Positions 21,941 through 28,872 are shown, counted from the first letter of the stretch. The stretch: DNA of 64,000 bases from Bacteroidales bacterium (GCA_041737175.1 JBGSSF010000035.1:10232-74231); one strand, 5' to 3'. Numbers and translations are program-made. The notes: a model not told the origin generated them from the letters alone.

Positions 21941-22535
21941 AACCATCAGGATAAAGCAAAATATGCTTCAACATATTGTTTACCATAACCATCGCGTGAA
22001 CAATTCCCGTAAGCTTCTATTTCACACAAAACAATTATGGGATTTATCGGAAATCATCCAAATACCTGACCTGGATCAAAACACCATTTACCGTTGCAGA
22101 TTTCTCTATGCAAGAAAGGTTGTTGGATTTGAATTTGTTCCCTATATCCCCCGGGTTGTGAAGAAATTATACCTGGTGGATTGCGGTGACCTGGATTATT
22201 CCTTTAAATATTCAGACCGAAGTGCCCTGGAAAAACTAAAGAAAAACCTGCCTGATCCAAATCTTTCCGATATATTATTAGTGAAGAATGGTTTTATCAC
22301 CGATACCTCTTTCTCAAACATCACATTGTTTGATGGCAGCAATTGGTACACTCCTTCCTCTCCGTTACTGGAGGGTACAAAGCGGGAATATTATATAAAT
22401 AATAAAACCATCCTGAAATGCGATATTTCTCCGTCTGATCTTCCCAAATTCAAGAAAGTGAGATTGATTAATGCCATGCTTGATTTGGATAACAGTGATG
22501 ACATACCCATGGAGAATATAATAATCTGGAAGTGA
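21924..22535 (+). CDS. pabC: aminotransferase class IV / aminodeoxychorismate lyase-like
   Basis: The track ORF opens at 21885. The internal ATG at 21924 gives MCQLLETIRIKQNMLQHIVYHNHRVN, typical of short ADC lyases, and LLEGTKREY lies near the C-terminus. It overlaps the pabB stop by 17 nt. Confidence 0.6.
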   Translation: MCQLLETIRIKQNMLQHIVYHNHRVNNSRKLLFHTKQLWDLSEIIQIPDLDQNTIYRCRFLYARKVVGFEFVPYIPRVVKKLYLVDCGDLDYSFKYSDRSALEKLKKNLPDPNLSDILLVKNGFITDTSFSNITLFDGSNWYTPSSPLLEGTKREYYINNKTILKCDISPSDLPKFKKVRLINAMLDLDNSDDIPMENIIIWK

Positions 22536-22635
22536 CCCCTTCGGGAGTACTCGCACGCACGGGCCAACACACTAAAGCCGCTCAATAAGCATTGGGATTA
22601 CTCGCTTCGCTCGTGATCCGCTAGGGTGGGGGTTT

Positions 22636-22764
22636 CACAAGCCTAATGATGCGCAGCTGCGCTGCATTCATTTTTTATTTGCTTCCACCAGGATGGCACA
22701 GGAAGTGCCCTCCTGGTGTAAACAAATAAAAAATGCCGCCAAAGGCGGCATCATTAGTCTTGTG
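22636..22764. repeat. 129-bp nested palindromic element abutting the 3' end of tRNA-Arg
   Basis: Outer arms are CACAAGCCTAATGATGC and GCATCATTAGTCTTGTG. Each side carries its own GC hairpin (GCGCAGCTGCGC; GCCGCCAAAGGCGGC). The central 31-bp stem at 22669..22735 has 3 mismatches and an AGGAA loop. Confidence 0.7.
22725..22752 (-). terminator. rho-independent terminator of tRNA-Arg
   Basis: The minus strand reads GATGCCGCC-TTT-GGCGGCATTTTTTATTTG immediately after the tRNA 3' end. Confidence 0.55.
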
Positions 22765-22836
22765 ACCCCGGAGGGATTCAAACCCCCGACTTTCAGAACC
22801 GGAATCTGACGTTCTATTCAGCTGAACTACGGGGCC
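22763..22836 (-). tRNA. tRNA-Arg (anticodon CCG)
   Basis: Folded by hand as a 74-nt cloverleaf: acceptor GGCCCCG/CGGGGTC, D stem GTTC/GAAC, anticodon stem TCAGA/TCTGA with loop TTCCGGT, T stem GGGGG/CCCTC. No encoded CCA. Confidence 0.9.
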
Positions 22837-22842
22837 GGAATG

Positions 22843-22870
22843 GTAGGGACAGGTCGCGACCTGTCCCTAC
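22843..22870. repeat. REP copy 1 (28-bp perfect palindrome)
   Basis: GTAGGGACAGGTCG|CGACCTGTCCCTAC, 6 nt upstream of the tRNA-Arg 5' end. Confidence 0.9.
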
Positions 22871-22885
22871 CTACAATCATGTGCG

Positions 22886-22893
22886 CAAAAATA
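22886..22893 (-). promoter_or_regulatory. -7 box candidate (TATTTTTG) for tRNA-Arg
   Basis: The minus strand reads TATTTTTG, matching TAnnTTTG, about 50 nt upstream of the mature tRNA 5' end. This would place REP copy 1 in the transcribed leader. Confidence 0.3.
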
Positions 22894-22937
22894 GAGAAAA
22901 TTGGGGGAAGGACAAATAAAATGCACGGAATATTAAT

Positions 22938-22983
22938 GTAGGGACAGGTCGCTTTGTAGGGACAGGTCGCGACCTGTCCCTAC
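22938..22983. repeat. REP half-copy plus REP copy 2
   Basis: GTAGGGACAGGTCGC (half copy), then ttt, then the full 28-bp palindrome at 22956..22983. Confidence 0.9.
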
Positions 22984-23081
22984 GTAGACGATCATCTTTA
23001 TAAAATTTGCAAATCAGAATTGAAATATTTGATTAATTTTATTTAATAATGATGGTATTATGTTAAAGGCAATTTTATATA

Positions 23082-23621
23082 ATGAAAAATCGCAAACCAA
23101 ACAGATTACGGGGATTTGATTATTCATCGGATAATCTATATTTTGTTACGGCCTGTGTACATAACAGGATTTGTTGTTTCGGGGAAATCGTAGGGACAGG
23201 GCGCGACCTGTCCCTACCATGTCTCGACATATCCTCTCGACATATGATTTTAAATGAATGTGGTAAAATCGCAGAAAAGCAATGGTTTTGGATGGAAGAA
23301 CAATATCCATACATTGTTTTGCATGAATTTGTTGTTATGCCCAATCATATTCATGGGATAATTGAAATAATTCGTTCACGCGTTGTAGGGACAGGTCGCG
23401 ACCTGTCCCTACAGAAAATCAAATCATTATCGGAATTAATGGGGGCATATAAAACGACAGTTTCAAAACAACTACATTCGTCCGGATTTATTGATTTCAA
23501 TTGGCAAAGGTCGTTTTATGACCATATTATTCGCAATCAAAAATCGTACGAATCAATCTCGGAATATATTGTGAACAATCCATCAAATTGGGATCAGGAT
23601 GATTTTTTTACGAACAAATGA
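23082..23621 (+). CDS. IS200-like Y1 (HUH) transposase / REP-associated tyrosine transposase (RAYT)-like
   Basis: 179 aa. N-terminus RLRGFDYSSDNLYFVTACVHNR, HUH motif MPNHIHGII, catalytic-Tyr context NWQRSFYDHIIRN. REP palindromes flank it on both sides. Confidence 0.8.
   Translation: MKNRKPNRLRGFDYSSDNLYFVTACVHNRICCFGEIVGTGRDLSLPCLDISSRHMILNECGKIAEKQWFWMEEQYPYIVLHEFVVMPNHIHGIIEIIRSRVVGTGRDLSLQKIKSLSELMGAYKTTVSKQLHSSGFIDFNWQRSFYDHIIRNQKSYESISEYIVNNPSNWDQDDFFTNK
23190..23217. repeat. REP copy 3, inside the RAYT CDS (1 mismatch)
   Basis: GTAGGGACAGGGCGCGACCTGTCCCTAC, read in frame as VGTGRDLSL (codons 37-45). Confidence 0.9.
23385..23412. repeat. REP copy 4, inside the RAYT CDS (perfect)
   Basis: In the same codon phase as copy 3. 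It encodes VGTGRDLSL (codons 102-110), ten residues after the HUH motif. Confidence 0.9.
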
Positions 23622-23633
23622 ACGAATCGATAT

Positions 23634-23661
23634 GTAGGGACAGGTCGCGACCTGTCCCTAC
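23634..23661. repeat. REP copy 5 (perfect)
   Basis: Begins 13 nt after the RAYT stop. Its last 4 nt overlap the GH43 gene and supply that gene's TAG stop codon. Confidence 0.9.
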
Positions 23662-25265
23662 GGTTTATATTCAAACCAATCAAAGTACGCCGGGGTTGCT
23701 TTGGATTTGGCATTCCCTTCGGCAAACATTCCCAAATATACCCCGGTAAAACCTCCGGCTACTTCGGATGACAGATACCTTGATTCCATTTTGCCGGCCG
23801 GAATGAATTCACTGGCCCCTTCCGGTAAATAGCTGAACGTATACCATAACGGTTCAGCAGTTATCTTGATTTGAACAGGTCCCGCCGGCAACGGGGCTTT
23901 AAAGGCAACATGCTTCAGGTTGCCGATCCGGTAACTTAAAGTAATAAATTTCTTTTCTCCGTCCCTGATAATATGTAGGTCATAGTGATGCTTTTCATTC
24001 ATCAACACGGTAATCCCCGCCGTTTCGCCTTCGGCAGACGGTTCAAATTCCAGTTTTGCCGTTGCCGTGCAGTTAAAATGCTGCTGGCGCCTGCCCACAA
24101 AGGCAGGGGAGGATGACTGGTCAAGGGTCACGGAATTTCCTGCCAGGGTCAGAAATCCGGGTCTTTCAGCCAGTGACCATGTTGCCGGATCAGGATTCCG
24201 CAGGAAATTCCAGCAAAGGTTCAGTTGCGATTTATCAAATTCATCACGCACCAATGGCCGGGCAACGGAAACCAGGGGAAGCGTTTTAACCTTGATATCA
24301 GGACTGACGATATCATCAGCACTCACAACAGGCCATCCCTGCGCATTCCAGGTAACGGGTGTTAAAAAGGTTTCCCTGCCCAGGTGGTGAAAATCTCCGC
24401 CGGCCTTCCGGAATGCAAGGAATACCATCCACCATGAGCCATCATGCGCTTCAATGATGTCGGCATGCCCGGTTCCCTGAACCTGCAGATATTGTCCGGG
24501 TAAACCCCTGTGGGTGAGTATGGGATTGTCGGGATTGGATTCATAAGGCCCCCAGATGCTTTTACTCCGGGCAATGGTCTCCATGTGACCGTATTCGGTG
24601 CCTCCCTCGGCGATCATCAGGTAGTACCAACCGTTGATCCTATAAATATGGGGCGCTTCGGGGTAACGGCCTCCCGTCCCTCCCCAGATATGCCTTATGG
24701 GTGAAAGGATATCGCCGGTTGCAAGGTCTATCTCCGAAAGGGCGATGCCGGTTTTCCCGTCAGCCATGGCATTGGTAACCAGATAATTCTTGCCATCATC
24801 ATCAAAAAACAGGGTGGGATCGATACCTCCCTGATTGACCCATACGGGCTCAGACCATTCTCCCGCAGGATCCTGTGTATGCACATAAAAGTTACCCTTG
24901 CCGGATACATTCGTCGTTACCATGTAAAACGTGCCCTTGTTGTACCGGATCGTAGGGGCGTAAATGCCCCCGGAGCTACGGCATTTGTCGAGCGGCAGCT
25001 GTGAATTTCGGGTAAGACAATACCCGATATGCTCCCAGTTGATCAGATCCTTGCTGTGATATACCGGTACACCCGGGAAGTACTCAAAGGTGCTGGTCAC
25101 CAGGTAATAATCATCGCCCACCCTGCAAACGCTGGGATCGGGATTGAAACCGGGGATGACGGGGTTGGGGAGGGTGGTGGAAGGAGCAACAACATCGCCC
25201 TGTTGGGTATGTATTGAGAAAATAACACCAAACAGGAAGATGAAATTCAAAAAGAGTGATTTCAT
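23658..25265 (-). CDS. GH43 glycoside hydrolase (beta-xylosidase/alpha-L-arabinofuranosidase type) with a C-terminal beta-sandwich domain
   Basis: The ATG at 25265 gives MKSLFLNFIFLFGVIFSIHTQ, a signal peptide. GFNPDPSVCRVGDDYYLV, APTIRY and YLMIAEGGT are GH43 five-bladed propeller motifs. The C-terminal ~200 aa look like a GH43_C2/LamG domain. Confidence 0.85.
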   Translation of the reverse strand: MKSLFLNFIFLFGVIFSIHTQQGDVVAPSTTLPNPVIPGFNPDPSVCRVGDDYYLVTSTFEYFPGVPVYHSKDLINWEHIGYCLTRNSQLPLDKCRSSGGIYAPTIRYNKGTFYMVTTNVSGKGNFYVHTQDPAGEWSEPVWVNQGGIDPTLFFDDDGKNYLVTNAMADGKTGIALSEIDLATGDILSPIRHIWGGTGGRYPEAPHIYRINGWYYLMIAEGGTEYGHMETIARSKSIWGPYESNPDNPILTHRGLPGQYLQVQGTGHADIIEAHDGSWWMVFLAFRKAGGDFHHLGRETFLTPVTWNAQGWPVVSADDIVSPDIKVKTLPLVSVARPLVRDEFDKSQLNLCWNFLRNPDPATWSLAERPGFLTLAGNSVTLDQSSSPAFVGRRQQHFNCTATAKLEFEPSAEGETAGITVLMNEKHHYDLHIIRDGEKKFITLSYRIGNLKHVAFKAPLPAGPVQIKITAEPLWYTFSYLPEGASEFIPAGKMESRYLSSEVAGGFTGVYLGMFAEGNAKSKATPAYFDWFEYKP

Positions 25266-25300
25266 AGTATTGGATTTAGTTTGTTTATTTTTTAATATCA

Positions 25301-25350
25301 CCCTTGAAGGGTCCCCAGACCCTTCAAGGGTCTAAGGACCGCTTGAAGGG
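25301..25350. repeat. hairpin repeat, CCCTTGAAGGGTC family (locus A)
   Basis: CCCTTGAAGGGTC-ccca-GACCCTTCAAGGG followed by TCTAAGGACCGCTTGAAGGG. A 32-mer here recurs at 37700..37731 with 1 mismatch. Confidence 0.8.
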
Positions 25351-27135
25351 TTATACGCGTATACCCATTTTTTTCATCAGAATCGATGCGTTCAGGCTCG
25401 TGCAAACACCCGGGGTCAGCTTATAATCAAAATACAATTCCTCGCCATCCACCTTCACGTCGAAATGATAGTTATCGATTTTACCGGGCAGATCCTTTTC
25501 CAACTCGGCGAGTTTCAGATCATGGGTGGCCACCACGGCAACTGTACCATAACCTGCCAGCTGTTTTATCAGTGCCACCGAACCGGTAAAACGGTCATTG
25601 GAATTGGTACCGCGAAGGATCTCATCCAGCAGGAGGAAAACCTTCGGATCCTGTTCGGACTGCCTGATGATGGCAGCCAAACGTTTCAGCTCAGCGTAGA
25701 ATGAGGAGGTATTGTCTTCGAGTGAATCGGAAATCCGCATGCTGGAGTAAACCTGAACATGCGATATCTTGAAGGACGAAGCGCAAACCGGGGCTCCTGC
25801 CATGGCCAGAACGGCATTCACCCCGCATGTACGCAGGAAAGTGCTTTTGCCCGACATGTTCGAACCGGTGACTACCACTATCTTGCCGCCCTCGATGATT
25901 TCGATGTCATTCAGGATCCTCCGGCTTTCGGGAATGAGCGGATGACCTGTATTTTCGGCTTTCAGGGTAAAGTACCCGGGAACAATCTCCGGTAAAACCC
26001 AGGCAGGATTGTTAAATGCCATATTGGCCAGGCTGGTCAGCACTTCAAATTCAGCCATGGCATCAAGCCACGGCTCAATATCCGCGGCATGCTGCTTCTT
26101 CCACTTTTCCAGTGCCAGGGAAACGTGAATATCCCAGAAGAAGTAAAGGTTCAGCGGAACGGATACCATGACGTTCAGCCGGGTGTCCAGTCGGTTTACC
26201 AGTTGTGATAACCTTTTTATAGCCGTTGAAGCAGCAGGTTGCGATCTGAAGATCTGTTGCAGGGAGATTAATTTCTGGGTCCTGAATTCTTTGGCTTCAA
26301 TAAGGCTGATAAGGACCGCATAGGTCTGCAGCAGGTCGGCCGATTTGCTTACCTGCTGGTGAAGCCGGTTGATCTTGCGGCTCTGGCTGAAATAAAACAA
26401 AAAGTTAAGGACAAAGACGAGCAGCAGGACTGCAGGTGGTGTTCCTGCAATCACCAAAAAGGTCAATACGATAGTCAGGATGCTCAGGGCCAGGGTAATG
26501 TATTTCAACCGGCGGATCTTATGAAATTCGTTCTCACGGCGCATCCAGGACAACAATTCCCCCGGATTATCCAGGGAGCGCTTTGAGAAGTAGCCTGTTG
26601 TCATGAGCTTTTGCCGCCAGTCGATCTCCGGTTTAAGTTCTTCCACAGCCTGCTGCCTTTCCTTAATCTCAGCCGGATTGGCTGGCGCTATCAGCCATTG
26701 GGCAAGCATGTGAGCTCCCGGCTGACTGCTGGTCCGGTTCATGAACTGGAATACCGAGGCATGCCCAAACAGGTCCAGGTCATAGGAATTGGGATGCTCA
26801 CGGTCAACATACTCATGTCCGTCGGCAAATCCGCTGCTTTCACCGGACAGACTTTTAAGCTCAAGGGTATTGATTTCAACGAGATGATTGTAAAATTCCT
26901 TCAGCTTTTCGGTTTTCGCATATTGCTTGATCAGGAAGCCGAAGGCTATGACGCAAGCCAGGGATGCGGTTACGGCCCATGTGACGGACAGGGAATTCAA
27001 GGCGAAGAAAAGGACAAAAATCAGCACGAAGGTTACCAGCCGGCCCATGGACAGCCTGTCCTCCTTATGCTGCAAGTGTTCCGCATTTTGCCGGTAGCGG
27101 TCGACTTTGTCCTGGTAGAATTCGATTAAAGTCAT
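25351..27135 (-). CDS. membrane-anchored MutS-family ATPase (domain V only, MutS-related paralog)
   Basis: 594 aa. N-terminal and central TM helices. The C-terminal MutS ATPase has VVTGSNMSGKSTFLRT (Walker A), a SF.AEL-type motif (SSFYAELKRL) and LLLDEILRGTN. No mismatch-binding domain. Confidence 0.75.
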   Translation of the reverse strand: MTLIEFYQDKVDRYRQNAEHLQHKEDRLSMGRLVTFVLIFVLFFALNSLSVTWAVTASLACVIAFGFLIKQYAKTEKLKEFYNHLVEINTLELKSLSGESSGFADGHEYVDREHPNSYDLDLFGHASVFQFMNRTSSQPGAHMLAQWLIAPANPAEIKERQQAVEELKPEIDWRQKLMTTGYFSKRSLDNPGELLSWMRRENEFHKIRRLKYITLALSILTIVLTFLVIAGTPPAVLLLVFVLNFLFYFSQSRKINRLHQQVSKSADLLQTYAVLISLIEAKEFRTQKLISLQQIFRSQPAASTAIKRLSQLVNRLDTRLNVMVSVPLNLYFFWDIHVSLALEKWKKQHAADIEPWLDAMAEFEVLTSLANMAFNNPAWVLPEIVPGYFTLKAENTGHPLIPESRRILNDIEIIEGGKIVVVTGSNMSGKSTFLRTCGVNAVLAMAGAPVCASSFKISHVQVYSSMRISDSLEDNTSSFYAELKRLAAIIRQSEQDPKVFLLLDEILRGTNSNDRFTGSVALIKQLAGYGTVAVVATHDLKLAELEKDLPGKIDNYHFDVKVDGEELYFDYKLTPGVCTSLNASILMKKMGIRV

Positions 27136-27139
27136 CCTG

Positions 27140-28768
27140 TTACTTTTCTTTTACAAATTTACAGGATATTCTTTTCTGTCCCTCGAGCGTGATCCGTGCA
27201 ATGTATAAACCCGCCGGTCTGCCTGCAAGATCAACCCGGATGTCATAACTGTCATGTGCATCCTGCTGGTGAACAGGAATTCCGCTGCTATTCAGGATCT
27301 CGATTTTCAGGATCTTATCCATCGATTCAATATACAGCACATCATGAACTGGATTTGGGAAAAGCCGGAGACGGATATCTTCCGAAGGGCTTTCATAAAT
27401 ATCAGTTACTTCAGAAGGCGGCATGTTTTCGTCGAGCCAGGCCATCCGCAGCGCAATCCAGTTCCTGAATTTCTCAATCTCTCCTTCGAAGGTATCTGCC
27501 GGCGGATCAACTTCGGGGGCGCCCACACTTTCTCCGAGTATGGGCCATTTGACGTAATGGCGCTTCTGGGACTCATTTACAAGGGCACTGACCGAATCGA
27601 TGTAATGATCCAGGTATTCGGCGCTCAGGATGGTCTGGCGCAATGCGGTGTACCTCGTATGAAGTTCCTCGCGGAATGCAGGATCCTGCAGGAGTCGTTT
27701 TACCCAGGACGGCACCACCGGCCAGTTGTTGCATTCATTTACCCTGTAAGCCCAGTTGGATCCGTCGGTGACCTCCCAGATATAGCAATTATCCCAGAGG
27801 TTTTTCCAGGCCCAGTCGAAATCCCATACCGGTCCCGCATGCAGCAAGCCACCGTTGTCGTCCCTGTCTTTGTAATAGAAACAGCTCTTCTTATAAGCAT
27901 CCACATTCCTGGATACCTCACCGATTATAAAATAATCGATGAAGGAGCTTACATTCATATAAGCCCGGTAACCCGCGGCCGGATCTGTAAAATGGCTGCC
28001 GTATAACTTGCTCTCGGCAATGTTAACGTAGGTCTTGATGTAGTTTTTCTGCTGCGGGGTGATTACATCCGGCTCCGGGTATTTGTAAACGAAATGCACA
28101 TGCCGGTCGGGCCTGTCGATAGGTACAAAATTGCTGGTCCAGCTGTTGTAATCATCATAATAGTCAATGGCAAAAATATAGCCGCCCGATAAACTGTCAC
28201 CGGCATTATCATCAGAATCCAGTTTGGCAATGTTCAGCCGGTTATCGTCGCTTTTAATCTTTTCGGTGAGCACAAATATCCCCAGGTATTCGTCATTGAC
28301 CATTACTTCACAGATATTGTCACGGGGCGCATAGTGGCCCATTTTTCTGAACAAGTGAAAAGCAAGCGTGTTGCGCATAAATACCTTATCGTTGTAATTG
28401 GCCAACAGTATCCAGTCGTTTTCAGCCGGCATGCCCAGCAGGGGAACATTTAAATTGTTGCCCAGGGCATCGCGGGTTTCAAAGCCATACGGTTTTTGCG
28501 GCAGGCTCTGAGAGTATGCACCACGGTATTCAATCCCTGCCTTGCCGGTATATGCATTTCCCGAATCGGCAGGGTGGTTGTATTTGCCTGGCCCGTTGAA
28601 GATTATTTTCAGGTCAACGGTTATCTTGGGATCATCAACAATGGTGCCTCCGTTGGTATTGATGATCACGAGGGGGAGGTTCGTGGAATCCAGGAACGCC
28701 TGAAGTTCCCGGGCAGCAACAAAGCAACTGCAAGTGAATACGAGAGTGAAACAGATGATAAATCGCAT
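27140..28768 (-). CDS. CotH-family protein with a T9SS C-terminal sorting domain
   Basis: 542 aa with a signal peptide. CotH core (LLANYNDKVFMRNTLAFHLFRKMGHYAPR...VMVNDEYLGIFVLTEKIK). C-terminus RLFPNPVHDVLYIES...ISCKFVKEK. Its stop is 4 nt from the MutS-like start. Confidence 0.75.
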   Translation of the reverse strand: MRFIICFTLVFTCSCFVAARELQAFLDSTNLPLVIINTNGGTIVDDPKITVDLKIIFNGPGKYNHPADSGNAYTGKAGIEYRGAYSQSLPQKPYGFETRDALGNNLNVPLLGMPAENDWILLANYNDKVFMRNTLAFHLFRKMGHYAPRDNICEVMVNDEYLGIFVLTEKIKSDDNRLNIAKLDSDDNAGDSLSGGYIFAIDYYDDYNSWTSNFVPIDRPDRHVHFVYKYPEPDVITPQQKNYIKTYVNIAESKLYGSHFTDPAAGYRAYMNVSSFIDYFIIGEVSRNVDAYKKSCFYYKDRDDNGGLLHAGPVWDFDWAWKNLWDNCYIWEVTDGSNWAYRVNECNNWPVVPSWVKRLLQDPAFREELHTRYTALRQTILSAEYLDHYIDSVSALVNESQKRHYVKWPILGESVGAPEVDPPADTFEGEIEKFRNWIALRMAWLDENMPPSEVTDIYESPSEDIRLRLFPNPVHDVLYIESMDKILKIEILNSSGIPVHQQDAHDSYDIRVDLAGRPAGLYIARITLEGQKRISCKFVKEK

Positions 28769-28864
28769 GAGACAAATATACTATTTCAAATGATTTCTGT
28801 GATATGTGCTTTTCGGCAGACATGATTTAACAGTTGCTTATTCAGGCTTTAATTATTTATTTTT

Positions 28865-28872
28865 TACATTTG
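28865..28872 (+). promoter_or_regulatory. -7 box candidate (TACATTTG) for leuS
   Basis: Exact TAnnTTTG match, 27 nt upstream of the ATG at 28899. Confidence 0.35.

Larger units (their letters stand above)
22843..23661. mobile_element. REP-RAYT module (palindromic REP copies plus their putative Y1 transposase)
   Basis: Five full copies and one half copy of GTAGGGACAGGTCGCGACCTGTCCCTAC surround and interrupt the ORF at 23082..23621. Confidence 0.75.

Noticed and set aside
22669-22735. Long hairpin CACCAGGATGGCAC-aggaa-GTGCCCTCCTGGTG, considered as an SRP (4.5S) RNA domain IV or another small RNA
   Set aside because: It has no GGAA tetraloop closed by the conserved symmetric and asymmetric loop sequences. 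The stem extends into plain A/T runs. It fits better as part of the nested palindromic repeat.
27254-28006. 250-aa plus-strand ORF. The same reasoning applies to 26611..27129, 29235..29798, 35864..36361, 48658..49200, 52361..52837 and 56121..56699.
   Set aside because: All are antisense to genes with clear family signatures (CotH, MutS-like, leuS, dprA, FtsX, GH36, nucleotide-sugar dehydrogenase), and none has motifs of its own.
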